In this document: positions 12,801-26,798 of the stretch, piece after piece
Position numbering within the stretch: the stretch's first letter is position 1
How the letters are laid out: each line of letters starts with the position of its first letter
Source: Tubulanus polymorphus
Lineage: Eukaryota; Animalia; Nemertea
Reading direction: 5' to 3'
Assembly (NCBI RefSeq): GCF_964204645.1
Contig: NC_134033.1
Span: 6,952,655-7,016,654, forward strand
DNA length: 64,000 nucleotides
Notes under the pieces: generated by a model
Seen by the model: the letters and a program-made list of their open reading frames with translations, nothing else
Databases searched by the model: none
Told to the model about the DNA's origin: nothing
Translations under genes and position numbers: made by a program

Positions 12801-13587
12801 TTTCTATATGGAAAATATAGTTTATTATTTTTTGTTCAAAAGTTCAGGGTCTGGACATTTTTAGTATTTGGTTTGGTAGGGCTAATCTATAAGGTTCACG
12901 TAAGCGTGGTTGTGAACCGTTTTGGAGGATAATTTGAGAGAGCCTATTTTATCAGTCTTTGTGTGCGTTATACTCACGAGCGTAGGTTGTACCATATTTA
13001 TGCATTCCGGTTTCAAAATTCAAGAAAGCCGCTTTATAAGCAGCGTTTGTGTTCACGTTATGTAATTAATTGCTTGCACGGCGGACATTCTATCATCATC
13101 CTATTTTTAGAGTAGTAGTCTCGTTTCGTGAAGCGTAAAGCACATGTATTTTCAAACTCTTCCGTTGATGATTATAATAAAGTTGGATTGTGAGTCTCAG
13201 TAGATAGTACAGTAACGAAATTAGGTCATTTTCTGGGAATGAGGCGTTTTCCGATTCGGTGTTTTTCATTAGGCGTTTTCCGAGTACCGCGGACTGAGCA
13301 TACTAGCTTGGAATTTTGGGAATGTTGGGAAATGAAAGTCTGAGGTTTTGGCTTAGAAAGTGAGATACTGAGCTAGAATATGGTTGAGAAAGGAAAGAGT
13401 TTAGGGACCAGGAACAATAAAGCGAGATCACGAAAGATAGAAACTTTCGTGTGTCAGATGTAGTGTGGAAGATTGGATGAATCCAGAAGAAGTGGTCCAA
13501 ATACAGAAACAGCTAGATATCCTATCACAAGCTGGATGGAATGGAATTTTCATTCCAAAACAAAATCATCAGATCGTTTTAACTCAC

Positions 13588-13738
13588 CTATCGAACAGAA
13601 GAATATACACCCAAGGAAATCCCGTATCGGTTCAATCTGGTGTTCGATTTGTTTTGTGATTGCACTTCCCTGGGCGCTAATGACTACACCAGCCAGAAAA
13701 CAACCGAGTTCCATAGATATTCCTAACCAATCAGTCAA
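13588..13738 (-). CDS. TMCO3: TMCO3-like cation/H+ antiporter, coding exon (151 bp)
   Basis: AG at 13740-13739 and GT at 13587-13586. Encodes [51 protein letters not shown], matching vertebrate TMCO3 [23 protein letters not shown]. Phase 0 start fits the upstream exon. Confidence 0.93.
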
Positions 13739-14648
13739 CTAAATGAGAAAAGTAATGGACAAGCTAGACGGTTTCAAAGATTACACTAAACGCTCGACCT
13801 TATATCAATTTTAATACAAAATGCACCGATGGATGATCACGGTACCCGATCACGAGAACTGTCATGAGAATCCAGTACTACATTAAATACTTTATATTTA
13901 GTACTTGCATTATGTCATATCGCGGAACGACGGAATCGCGGAATTTTCTAATGCTTGAAATAACAGATATATTCCAATCAATATGTGTTAGGATATATAC
14001 TTATTAAGTGTAAATTGTAAAAATAATTTATTGCTCGGGATGCGAGAAGCAATAGCGTCGTTTTTGTTAGCAAAAGGTTTCAACATTGATGATGTGGTAT
14101 TTGAACCGTGACTGCGCAGCATACACTTTATGCGACTAATATCTATTTCATCTCGACTTGCAAGCGCATCAGAGTCCTAGCTCAGTCAGTTCTACATAGA
14201 ACCTGATAAAAGACTTATCATTTTGACTAGAAAGGACTGGCAGTTGACCCAATACATCGTTTTCAATCAATTTTACAATATGCAGAAGGATTGCACAAAG
14301 TCTAGGTTGAAAGGGGTTGAATCCAAGGAAGTGACTCCGTGATTTAAAAGTTTAACAGTATGTGTCCATGCCTCATACCAAACTTCAGTTGGTAGACATG
14401 AAGAAATATTGTTACATTTTCAGATAACGGAGTCTCTTTTCTCTCATGAGCAACTTTCAATGCACAATTATTTCGCAATTTTTGCACTCCTTCATTACAG
14501 TGAATAATGCATCGATAAACGATACCAGAGGTCGAGAGGTCGAGCTCACTCTCCCTCTCAACCTCTGATATGAAACAATATATAATATTACTGAACTAAA
14601 CTAAACTGAATTAAAGATGAGTCATCACATTGTGCATGTTATAATGTG

Positions 14649-16140
14649 AGTAATTAAAAAATGGCATTTTCAGATCAGAGGTCGACCCATCCCCACTCAT
14701 CACAACTTTTATATCTTTTTTTCCTTATAAATGGGAGAGAGAAAAGTATTCTTAGTGTCAATTAATAACAAAATAAAACCAGCAAAAAACAACATGAAAT
14801 ACAAAAATTAGCCGATGTTACAAAAGAAATGGAGCATAGAATATATAAATTACATGGTGAAAAAATATACGCAAATTTGAGTTATTGTAATGTTAGTATA
14901 ACACGAGAATTTAAAGTATTTTTACCTGATAAATGGGTTTCATTAAATAAAGTTGAATTAAAAGATTTAGAAGGTTACAAAATAATTTATCAAGAAAAAA
15001 ATGAAGATAGTCATCATGATTTAGAAATTGTTGAATAAATATTTAAAAAAAAACAAAACATAAAAAAGTAAAAATAACAAAAACAATAAGATAATTAAAA
15101 TTTATTTTTTACTTTTAAAATAAAAATCAAGAATCCGAAATGACTTATCTGGACAATTGAATTGCTCCGCATAGATAGGCAAAAGTAGTGAGATATTTAA
15201 TTAGTTATAAATAGAAATATCATAAAATAAGATTATTTTTTTGCTTTTTTTCTAGAATATTAATCTATTTTCTTTATAGTGAATTTTTGCATTTCTGTAG
15301 CTTTTTCATTTTTAACAGGAGTAATTTCAGAGTTATCAACAACATAAATTTTATTCGATTTTCATACCAATTATAACCAATAAAAATGAGTACAATTACA
15401 AATCAAGTTGAATAATATAGATATTTATTAAACAATTTAGAAGGAGTAGAAAAAAGATTATTTTCATCTTTATTAACATTTTCATTATCTATTTTTTCTT
15501 TTATAGCTTTTCGAAATTCTTTTGATTTAATTCCTAATTGCAAAGACCATTCAATTTGTTTCTGAGTTCTCGTTTTTTTCTTCACAGTTAATACTTTCAC
15601 TTCTTCCACTTCGCTCATTTATTATAGAAAATTTTCTATTATCATTGTTTGAAAATGTTCTAACTCCAGTTGATAATAATAAATCATAAATCATAAATCG
15701 GCCTAATTGAAATGATACATATCAGATCCATTTATTTAATTCAGTCATAACTAAACAATAATTGAAATCAAATCGGACTATAATTAATTTTCATCTACAA
15801 TTGGTAGCATGTTATTACATAATTTAGAATAACCTTTTACTACATTTTCTGATATCGCGTCATCAATTCTAGCTATTCTTGCAGTTTCATCAATTCTAAA
15901 AATAATTTAATAATTTTACCTGATTTCATTATATCTAATTCATTATAAGTTAAATTTTACCAATAAAATGTTTACATTTCCCAGATGCAATTAATATTTC
16001 TGATTGATGTTTGCAATGAAGATAATATTCAAAATTATTAGTTGTTGTAATATCGCTTAGAGCACCATTATCTGGAGTTAATTTTGTTTCTGTTATTCCT
16101 AAATCATCCAAAGTTTTTCAATTGGAACATCACTATTTTT
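14649..16140. mobile_element. Maverick remnant C: terminus, small gene (+), conserved motif, convergent TM gene and 'RIND' gene (-)
   Basis: AGTAATT terminus at 14649. Collinear (inverted) with 42388-43849. Truncated by a Helentron-type insertion near 16140. Confidence 0.8.
14731..15038 (+). pseudogene. Small terminal Maverick protein (possible OB-fold/ssDNA-binding type)
   Basis: MGERKVFLVSINNKIKPAKNN..(frameshift)..LADVTKEMEHRIYKL..REFKVFLPDKW..LEGYKIIY. Homologues at 43402-43763 (-), 42013 (start only) and about 62800. The OB-fold call is inference from the KVFLP..IIY.G pattern. Confidence 0.6.
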
Positions 16141-16335
16141 AGTGTTTTCTGTTTCTTCACAGAAAATCCTATTGAGATTCGCGTGATTATTAGGGTTTCT
16201 GCTGCTTTCGCAGAATCCCTATTATAATTGTACTGATTATTAATAATAGTATAATTATTATTATCATTATTATTATTATTATTATGGTCTCTGCTGCTTT
16301 TGCAGAAATCCTATCGTAATAGCAGTGATTATTAT

Positions 16336-16366
<31 letters not shown>

Positions 16367-18560
16367 GTTATTATATTCCTTTTTACTTTGGATCGTATTG
16401 AAAGGATATAAGTAATCGATATATGTTGTTTTATACCAGCGGTCGAAAGGTCGAGCAATGACCTCGCAATGACCTCGATTGGGGGGCGTCGTCTCTACGA
16501 GCAAATGTGATTGGCTGTTTTTGGGATATACGGGGAATTCCGGTGCTACTAAAATAATTATGGGAAAGCCATTAATGGCGAACGTTTCATTGGACTTGGT
16601 GCCATATATGTGCGAATTTCAAATGCTCATTGGTGAGAATATAATTCTTTCACATATCGCCATAGGTATTGTTTCATTTTAATACCCGGTGATTGTGTTG
16701 ATTGAGATTGAAGTGAAGCGAACGTTCACTACAGTTAGTGCGTGGGATCGCTAACATTAGACTGTTGCACACCCAAACACATGCAATACAAACTACTATA
16801 TTGTACTATACTATACTACTATATATTTGATCGGTATGTACTGTAGGAAATATAGAGTATTGATAAATGGTTGAAGCCCGCGACCAAATGAAATGATATA
16901 TTTAGGGTTTTCTATTTCTTCACAGAAAACCCTATTGAGATTCGCGTGATTAATATTACGGTTTCTGCTGCCTCAGAACCCTATTGGATTCCTGTTAATT
17001 ATTATTTTAACATATTTTCCACTGAGTTTCGTCACATAAAAATCATCTTCTATTAGATTTGACTACTAACAACTTTGAAACGAAATGTTAAACTCTGATA
17101 ATAATATAACAGTCTCTTTCTGCGCGTGGTTTCTATGGGTGTACTGTGCTTCCTATTTTAAACTTGAAGTTACTTAAAGATTGCACCGGTGAAATAGCAA
17201 TCATTAATCATGGCGCGCATACTGGCACGAATCTGAAAGTTTGTGACGTCATTTCATAAATAAATAAAGAAGGAAGGCTCCAAGAATATCTAAATCACAG
17301 GTTACTGTAAATAACTGGGGTTCGACCATTTACAAGTTAAAAATGTACTTCCTTGTTTGTGAAGTAAGTTTATTCATACTGTTATTAAAAGCAGTTCCTT
17401 ATAAACATTCTATAATATAGTTTTGTTCGTGGATATCAATACTTCGAAAAATCAACAGCGGTTTATTAATTCATTGTACCGGTACGCGTTTTCTTAATTG
17501 AATTGAATTTGTCCGCTCCAAAAGGCGGGTCATACTAATTAGCATCAGAAAATGTCAGCGTCGGTGATACCTTGTTATCGTCGATATTAAACGGTCTAAA
17601 GTCAGTTTATATATCACATACATTACAAAATGGAGGACCCTTGTACATACACATCGCATCGTGATGCAGCGGCGATGGTAACGTCATAGAAGAACAAAGT
17701 CAGTTGAAAATACCTACCCACTGCACCGATAAAAATGATTGCTAGCCAGAGACCAGTGACAGTCAGTAATGAGGAGTGATGGTACCGTTCGTGATTATGT
17801 TTTTATAATGGTTATTGGACGTCAATTTCATATGTGAATTGTAGTCCCCATCTGATCGCTTGACTTGTCAGACTGACTTTTCACTCATCTACTAATAGTA
17901 ACACTATAAGGCCTTCCCTCCTGCATAGTTTACCCCATAGGCCAAATTTGTGCTTTGGGCCAAATTCGGTTTTCTTATCTAGTCGACTTTTCTTCGGAAC
18001 AAATAATAACCGAATATGCGCTTAAACTGTCACTAGGGAATGGTAAAAACACCATAGCTTCGTTCTTCTCGATGTTATTTCCCCCAAACCCGGCACATTA
18101 GTACTTTGCGCGTAGTAGCACATGCGCGTAGTAGCACATGTGGGTCAACATATCCATGTTGTGAGTTGACCCCTAGGTGGCACTCTTCAAAAAAATGGAA
18201 TGTAACGAACTGATTTCGGGTGAAATTTTTGCTCGCATCCCTGAACGACATTCTATCCAGAAAGGCAGAAACCCGTTATCGCTGCTTGCAGCTATATTTA
18301 TTTTTCTTTTTCCCTTTTCAACACAGTTTTTGTTAAAAGTTAAGGGCTTCCTTACCTTACCGCTGTTGCCGAAACAATCCGTATGATATCCTTCAGCTCA
18401 CTTCAATCTCCAGATACTGCATGGGTATTTTGCTAAATCCACGTTATTAAGGCACTGTCGAGCCGTAAACATCGGAAATTTGGCCCCGTTCAATTAGTAG
18501 CCATGTTGTGTTTTCTTCCAACATTTCTCTCTTCTTTTTGAGGAAGAGCTATCGAATTAT
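16140..18560 (+). mobile_element. Helentron-type non-autonomous element(s), family H1
   Basis: 5' palindrome ttagggttttct..cagaaaaccctattgagattcgcgtg followed by (ATT)n, at about 16140 and 16900. 3' end aacccgttatcgctgcttgcagctatattt at 18270-18299, followed by the start of another unit. Related to the elements at 46500-59115. Confidence 0.65.
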
Positions 18561-18855
18561 TCCCTCTCTTCTCCACAATCAATTTCAAAGTCAATTCTTT
18601 GAATTTATTGCTCGATCAGCGGGTCCGAGTCAAAGAGTTCACTAGCCCAGCGTTCGCGAGTCCGACAGGTTTACGGGCATTCGTTTGTTACCTCTTTTAT
18701 ATTATTGATTTCTTGTTATTCCGGTTATTTCATTTAAGTATATTGCTGATCAGTTCATGTATGTAACCAAAAGCGTCAATAAATAAATTTTGAATTGATC
18801 AAGTTCAAATCAAGGTCGTTGAGTCGCGGGGTGGCTACTAGAATTACGGCAAAAG

Positions 18856-21800
18856 GCATCAGACCACAATTAGGTTAGTAGCTCGAAGATGCGTAGGGCC
18901 GGACCCCAAAAATAGTACCTAGAGTGAAGAAGAGGTCCCCTATAAATGTTGCCATAATTTCTGCAAATGGGATAGGTAACGAATTTCGGTTATATGTATG
19001 AAATCCATTGATCCTGAGAGACAGCTTGATGATGAAATAAGGGATTCCCTGGACTTTTTTTGCTTGGAGTAAGGGTACCAAACACGGTGGGGGATTCCCT
19101 TAGATATTTGGCTCGGATGTACTGGCATACCTGTACTGGGATACCCCTCCTTTCTAAAGGTTTGATTATTTCAAAAGTTAGGTTGGGTATGTGGGGGCGA
19201 AAACCACTTCAATGCGTAGCTAAGATGCTGGCCTATGAGCCATAAGCAGGATTTCCCCTGAATTTACGCGCTTATATATGAACTAAACTCTCGAATTTCT
19301 TGTTTTTACTATAGGATATAGAAGATTTTGGAATAGTGGTCTGAGCTCTGACAGCCAATACAGCCAAAATAACAAATTTTGAAGTTTTGATGAAATTTCA
19401 CAAATAATTTTTATCTTATACATCTTTTGCACATATAAGTCGTCTTGAGGCATTCATTGAGACCTAATTCGCTGATTTTAATCAGTTTCATGGTAGGATT
19501 TGGTAATATTTTTGCTTGTAGAAGGCTAGAATCGCAGATTTCGGTCAATTTTTAGGCATGAACCGTAAGATATTTTCTTGTAGGAGGCTTGGTCTAGGCT
19601 CATAAATTTATTTCATAAAGGCCATCCTTGCCCATGCAGAATAATCACATTAATTCAGCTTTCTTTGATTAAGTTATCTAGTTTGGCTGACTTTTTGGTG
19701 CCAGATACTGTCAGGAATTTAAGGGGTAGGGGAAATGCATATTTTCGTTGAAACCATGGCAACCGAAAGGACATTGTCAGAGGCCAGTTGTGATATTTTT
19801 CCTAACTAGTACTGGTGACAACTACGCTTGGTATATAAAATTCGTCCCGGCCGAAGGCCTGTGGACGCAGTAGGGTGCATTCGAATTAGGCCTTCAGCGC
19901 AAGAAAACGCCAAATCTAAAGGTTTCAGCCAATTCGATGATGAAAATGGCATTTTTTTTCAAAAAATGCTTAAAGATTGTGTTTCTGATTTTTATCCATA
20001 GCCATATATTTATATCCATCAGTGAAAAAAATCTATCAAGTATTCAGAAAATGTTGTATAATTGTTTTATTCATATTTTGAAATGAATGTTTGACTTAGA
20101 TGTTATTGATAGAAAACTTGGATTTTGTCGCATACGCGCGATTTGTGCATTAGCATGTATTTCCATGTGTAATTGGCCGAGGGCTATTGTATTGCGTTGT
20201 ATAACTAGGGTGTCTCCACTCTTTCTAAAACTGTACAAAAACTAATGCTATTCTTAAGTTTGGGTACTAGTCAGGCATCAGACCACAATTAGGATAGTAG
20301 CTCGAAGATGCGTAGGGCCGGACCCCAAAAATAGTACCTAGAGTGAAGAAGAGGTCCCCTATAAATGTTGCCATAATTTCTGCAAATGGGATAGGTAACG
20401 AATTTCGGTTATATGTATGAAATCCATTGATCCTGAGAGACAGCTTGATGATGAAATAAGGGATTCCCTGGACTTTTTTTGCTTGGAGTAAGGGTACCAA
20501 ACACGGTGGGGGATTCCCTTAGATATTTTGCTCGGATGTACTGGCATACCTGTACTGGGATACCTCTCCTTTCTAAAGGTTTGATTATTTCAAAAGTTAG
20601 GTTGGGTATGTGGGGCGAAAACCACTTCAATGCGTAGCTAAGATGCTGGCTTATGAGCCATAAGCAGGATTTCCCCTGAATTTACGCGCTTATATATGAA
20701 CTAAACTCTCGAATTTCTTGTTTTTACTATAGGATATAGAAGATTTTGGAATAGTGGTCTGAGCTCAAAAACCGTAATGTTTCCAATGTCTCCGTTTTTA
20801 ACGCATGCGCATTAGTGAGTGTTGGCGAAATTCTCTAATTCCAGAAATCGGTTGAGTGTGCAGGCGTCACTACATATCAGAACTTTCAAAACTGGGTCAT
20901 GTCAGGACGCATAATGAATGTGTGTTTTGATGACTCCAATGTTTCCGTTTCTATTAGATTCGAATCCCACAATAAATAATTAAGGCCTGTGGACGCAGTA
21001 GGGTGCATTCGAATTAGGCCTTCAGCGCAAGAAAACGCCAAATCTAAAGGTTTCAGCCAATTCGATGATGAAAATGGCATTTTTTTCAAAAAATGCTTAA
21101 AGATTGTGTTTCTGATTTTTATCCATAGCCATATATTTATATCCATCAGTGAAAAAAATCTATCAAGTATTCAGAAAATGTTGTATAATTGTTTTATTCA
21201 TATTTTGAAATGAATGTTTGACTTAGATGTTATTGATAGAAAACTTGGATTTTGTCGCATACGCGCGATTTGTGCATTAGCATGTATTTCCATGTGTAAT
21301 TGGCCGAGGGCTATTGTATTGCGTTGTATAACTAGGGTGTCTCCACTCTTTCTAAAACTGTACAAAAACTAATGCTATTCTTAAGTTTGGGTACTAGTCA
21401 GGCATCAGACCACAATTAGGATAGTAGCTCGAAGATGCGTAGGGCCGGACCCCAAAAATAGTACCTAGAGTGAAGAAGAGGTCCCCTATAAATGTTGCCA
21501 TAATTTCTGCAAATGGGATAGGTAACGAATTTCGGTTATATGTATGAAATCCATTGATCCAGAGAGACAGCTTGATGATGAAATAAGGGATTCCCTGGAC
21601 TTTTTTTGCTTGGAGTAAGGGTACCAAACACGGTGGGGGATTCCCTTAGATATTTGGCTCGGATGTACTGGCATACCTGTACTGGGATACCTCTCCTTTC
21701 TAAAGGTTTGATTATTTCAAAAGTTAGGTTGGGTATGTGGGGCGAAAACCACTTCAATGCGTAGCTAAGATGCTGGCCTATGAGCCATAAGCAGGATTTC

Positions 21801-22110
21801 CCCTGAATTTACGCGCTTATATATGAACTAAACTCTCGAATTTCTTGTTTTTACTATAGGATATAGAAGATTTTGGAATAGTGGTCTGAGCTCAAAAACC
21901 GTAATGTTTCCAATGTCTCCGTTTTTAACGCATGCGCATTAGTGAGTGTTGGCGAAATTCTCTAATTCCAGAAATCGGTTGAGTGCGCAGGCGTCACTAC
22001 ATATCAGAACTTTCAAAACTGGGTCATGTCAGGACGCATAATGAATGTGTGTTTTGATGACTCCAATGTTTCCGTTTCTATTAGATTCGAATCCCACAAT
22101 AAATAATTAT
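18856..22110. repeat. Near-identical tandem duplication, period 1127 bp, plus a third partial copy
   Basis: About 19855-20983 is repeated at 20984-22110 (ORFs 20267 and 21394 are offset by 1127). 18856-19345 is a further copy of the distal part. Confidence 0.9.
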
Positions 22111-22636
22111 CTTATTTCATCTTATTTCAATTCGATTTGAACATTGATGACCCGAGTGTCACTCGTTTATTTTTGCGGCGCTACCAGATTCGAGCCCCGA
22201 AAAATACTGAACTTATTTCATTTCAATTTGAACTTTGATGACTCCAGTGTCGCTGATTTATTTTATACGACGCTATCACGTTCATATCCCGAAAATGCTG
22301 ATCTCGAAATGGTAACCATTATGAACTTTGGTGCACTTTCTATGGTGATCCCAATGTCACTGTTTATCTATTTGGACAATGCTTTTAATTGTATTAACAT
22401 ATAATACGCAAGCATATGATACGAGATTATTTAGACATCACGATCCCGCTGCTAAGTTCGCGCTGGTTCATTTCAAGCGACTACCGTACTGTGACATGAC
22501 CCAGTTTTGAAACATGTAAACACTGTCATGACGCCTGCGCACTGTACTGATTTCTCGACTTAGACTTTTTCAACACTTACTAAGCCTAATGCGCATGCGT
22601 TAAAAAACGGAGACATTGGAAACATTACGGTTTTTG
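21893..22636. mobile_element. Non-autonomous DNA transposon with ~140-bp imperfect TIRs
   Basis: caaaaaccgtaatgtttccaatgtctccgttt..aacgcatgcgcattag at 21893 and its reverse complement ending at 22636. A partial left arm is duplicated at 20766. Confidence 0.8.
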
Positions 22637-23514
22637 CAGAATTACGTTCGTCTCAGAGAGAAAACAAACGACAGAAAAGTATCAGGTGATTACCGATAGC
22701 CTACTACGGAACACACAGTTGACAAACAGTGTTAGGCCTGTGCCGGTTGGTGCGTACTGGGACTAAAATATACTGTTTGGTCAGTTGGTTCGGTTGTGAA
22801 GTGTGGAAGCTAAGAAAGCCTACCGGTATTTATTTGTCTATAGGCATGTTACTGTTAGGCCCTATATAGTAGCCAACACTATTTTAAGTACGAAGTTGCT
22901 ACCCTTACGTGACTGTACGGTGATCTCCACAGGTTAACCTTACGTGAATCCCTACTAACGCCGTACGTCAGTTCCTAGTAGCCAATACCATTTTAAGTAC
23001 GAAATTGTTACCCGTACGTGACTGTACGGTGATTTCCACAGGTTAACCGTACGTGAGTTCCCTACAAACGCCGTACGTGAGTTCCTATAATCTGCAAACG
23101 CGCGTGCGTAAATGAATAGAGTTTGGGTTAGGTGAGGCTAGGCTATTTGTAAATCAAATTTCATCTAACCTGCAGTTACGTTCTGTGTGGCACAGTGGGT
23201 AAATCACTGGACTACTACTGGATTTTTTTTTTCGTTTGGTTTCGAATCCCAATATTGCATGTCTGAGTGTCAACCTACTCACATATGGCTAACCTGTAGT
23301 AATCGCCGTACAGTCACGTAACAACAGCGTTTTAAGTATTAAGTGAGTGCGACAAGCCTACCATGCCTATGTGCTACAAACACAACTTTTTCCCCTCTCG
23401 TCAGCCCTACAGTGATGTTACTAATAACTGGTGCCATTATAACATGGATAGGATTTGGTCAGGACTAGCCTAAAGTCTAATTCAGTCTATGTACTAATTC
23501 ACTCGATAGGCCTA

Positions 23515-24627
23515 TTTTAAGCCCACTTGGGACTTTAGGCCCAGCGGGCTATTGCGTTCACTTTTCGTCCGTCGTCCGTCCGTCCGTAGACGGCATCCAG
23601 TTATTTTGGGAAGTTTTGAAGACGCTTCAATGTAATGTCCTGATATTTGGGTTACACATGTATCTACTCTAGACACATCTTCAGCCCAAAAACTGGCCCT
23701 GTCAGAATCAAGATGGTCAACTGGCAGCCATTGTTGTTCACCAAAATCAACACTTTTTACACATTTTTGAACTTTTTGAGGGAAATTTTGAAGACGCTTT
23801 GATCAATTACCTTGATCTTTTGGATGTATGTGAATCCCCCCAGGGCCCATGAGCATAACAAAAATTGGGTCGATCGGAAATAAGATGACCGTCCTTTGAC
23901 CTTTTTAGTGCCCAAAACGTCAATTTTGGCCCGAATTCTGAGTGCTGTAGCTCCCTACTGGTTTGCCATTTCTCATTGCAATTTGTGATGGGTATTCTTT
24001 GAAAAGGGATGTTTTATACCTGAGACAGGTATTTTTGATCAGCCAATTATGACGCAATTGGCGGCCATCTTGGTGTCATAAGCACTCATTCGTAGGTTGG
24101 AAAAAGTTTTTCCACATTATATTGTTGATATTTAAGCGTATTTTCTTACCACAATCAATTGGAAAGTTGTAGCTCATGACATGGTTTGTGATTGTGGTTA
24201 GTTTGAAGGTCATTGTTTTTGTATATGGCCACCAGGGGGCGTTGAATAATACAATATCTTAGTATTTCTATATTATATTCATATCAATGCATATTTTGTA
24301 ACCACAATCAATTGCAAAGTTGTTGCTCATGACATCATCTATGATTGTGGCAAGTTCTAAGGCCAATAGTTATTATATATGGTCACCAGGGGACGTTGAA
24401 TAGTAGAATAACTTAGTATTTCCTTATTACATTGGTACCTAGGCATATTTTGTTACCATGATCAATTACAAAGTTATAGTTCGTGACGTGTTCTATGATT
24501 ATGGTGAATTTCAAGGTCAGGGGGTTTTGAATATGGTCACCAGGGGGCGTTGAATATTGAAATTGTTAGATTGTTGAGCATTCGGAACCACTTCCCAAGT
24601 GGGCATGGTGTCCCTGGACCCCTAGTT
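23515..24627 (+). mobile_element. Helentron-associated element (DINE-1/pearl-like), family H2
   Basis: Sub-TIRs gcccacttggga..tcccaagtgggc, 5' inverted repeat, (GTCC)n microsatellite, ~120-bp internal tandem repeats, 3' hairpin ending CTAG, T-rich flanks. Confidence 0.82.
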
Positions 24628-26644
24628 AAAACAATACAGTGAAGTATTCACACGCAGAAAGGCCAATTGATTTGAGCCATGTGATTAAATTTGGCCAGGC
24701 CTTCTCTGACCTGCTGACATTAATAGCCAAACCTAGATCCAAAACGTTCATATGGTCACGGCTTGTATACCAGAAATCATTGTAGGCCTGTACATTCTTC
24801 TGTCCGTAGGTTTGGTATACCGATTTCTCCATTCTTGACTGATAAGTGTACGGTACAGCTGTACGCTTTAGGCCTATACAATTGTTCCAATGGGATTAGG
24901 GCCTATTGATTGGGCTTATTATTTCCTGCTTTAGAATACTGAAATAAGCCTAAAGTTCATTCAAATATCCAACATCGGTGAAATTTTGATTACTGTATAC
25001 ATGTACTGTAGGTTTTCGTGTTGTATGAATATTTTGCAGTTCAAATGGGTATGATGCTGATTTCATTGTCAAACGCATGAAGTTAGATGGACAGTCAACG
25101 CCAAGATATCTATCTTCGACCGAAGTTGCACCATAGAAGATCTGATTCTTTCAACTCAAGCAAAGTGATTTAACACGATCGACATAACACTGGAATAGGT
25201 TTGCAGTTACTAAACGGTTCATTTCATTTAGTCCTATGTACTTTTTTTAGCCAATTTGAATTTGATTGTAATTGAAACTCTGGAACTGTTAACAAAAGAC
25301 AAGTTCAAAAAACACAAGTTATGCCTGATTCTCATGTTCAAATTTAATTCAAATTCAAATTTATTTTATTACATCATATTTACAAAGCATATCATTGGTT
25401 CATACAGTAATAAAAATTAGGAAAGAACAAATATTATTACAGAATTTTCAAAAAGGCAATGAATTTCTATAACTAAATGAACATTATTTTTCTAATAACT
25501 CAGATCAAGAGTGACTCTCCCGTTTATTAGGAAATACGCGCAACTAGTGGAATAGGTTTGATTTACACACATGTTGTAGGTATCAATTGTTTATCACTAT
25601 AGAATTTGTAATCCATAAAAGCCAAAATCAACATCAGCCGGAAACACAGACAAAATCAATTCGTAATTTATTGATTGAATGTACACTACAATAAATGTAT
25701 TTATTCAAATATTTCAATAAAAACATTAACTTCTTAAATCTATTCTAAATCATAATACGTTCTTATCTGTAAATTCATTCAATCTATCGACTCAGCAGGT
25801 GCTTAAGATGAGTTCTTAATAGGACAGATCCATTTTTAAGCATGGTGATAATACAGTATCGTGATGTTTGAATGCCAAAATAAATGCGTGGTCAAATAAA
25901 TTCATATTTGTTGATTGTACGTACGCATATGTTCGGTTTCAAAGCTGAATCATATTTGACGTTAACGCAGTGTTTGCATATTAGGTTCGAATCTGTCAAT
26001 GCATTTTATTTTATGTATCGGTATTTCAATTTACTACAATTCCCATCATTTTGAAATGGCTTTGCAGAAAACCCGTCATCGCTGCTTAGCAGCTATATTT
26101 CTATATTAGTTTTACTAATGAATATCATAGTGGCTTGTGCCTAATGTCAATAAGCAGCGAATGGTTGCCGCTTCTCTGAGTTAATCTCGCACGAAAGATT
26201 TAAACTCGATTAGAGCCGCTGAAAACGTATTTCTTTGCAGCCAATAGTTTACGCATACATGTTCTAAATGCTCTATATCAGAGCCTATTCTGAAGCATGG
26301 ACTCTGAATTCGTTCAAAAGGCCGAGACTTAATTATGAGAGTTTTTTATACAATGAGTAATTAAGTGGTGGGATTACAATGGGAGAGATCATTTCATCAG
26401 CCACATCGTTGCCCCAGGGAGTTAGTTATATTCGTTATAGCCAAAATACCTTGACCATGGACTCTAAAACGTTTTAATGTCTAAATCATTTTAGAGTCCA
26501 TGACTTGACAGAATATAGAAGTTTGCCCAGAAAATGTTATGCATGTTCCAACAAAAAGCAACCAATAAAGACTTATATTATTAGCATTTAAATGAAGAGC
26601 CGAGTAGTACTTTTAAAGGTTAACTATTTATTTCGACGCACGAC

Positions 26645-26687
26645 TCACGAGCTTTCGCTACTAAAGTATAGACGCTTCATCAGGTGA
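26645..26687 (-). ncRNA. Minimal hammerhead ribozyme (Penelope-like element type)
   Basis: Minus strand TCAC-CTGATGA-AGCGTCTATACTTTAGTAGC-GAAAGCTC-GTGA: stem I TCAC/GTGA, core CUGAUGA..GAAA, palindromic short helix III (AGCT). Stem II is imperfect. Confidence 0.65.
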
Positions 26688-26798
26688 ATGAGTGAATTAT
26701 TAGAATTGTCGTTGAAAGTACTAAATTAGCTATAACTTGTATAAGAAGTGTAATAGGAGGAATATTATATTTTAAATTTTAATTTTCATATGATATAA

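Noticed and set aside
15131-15193. SECIS, HDV or twister identity for the conserved motif
   Set aside because: The required GA quartet, P3/P1.1 pairings or cleavage-site consensus could not be fitted in all four copies, so it is left unassigned.
18875-21757. Recurrent short ORFs MVPLLQAKK.. and MPVHPSQ..
   Set aside because: Recurrence is due to DNA duplication; no protein-family signature.
23180-23250. A-box/B-box-like tRNA-derived sequence (TGGCACAGTGG..GGTTTCGAATCCC)
   Set aside because: No cloverleaf and an internal T run; at most a decayed tRNA-derived repeat.
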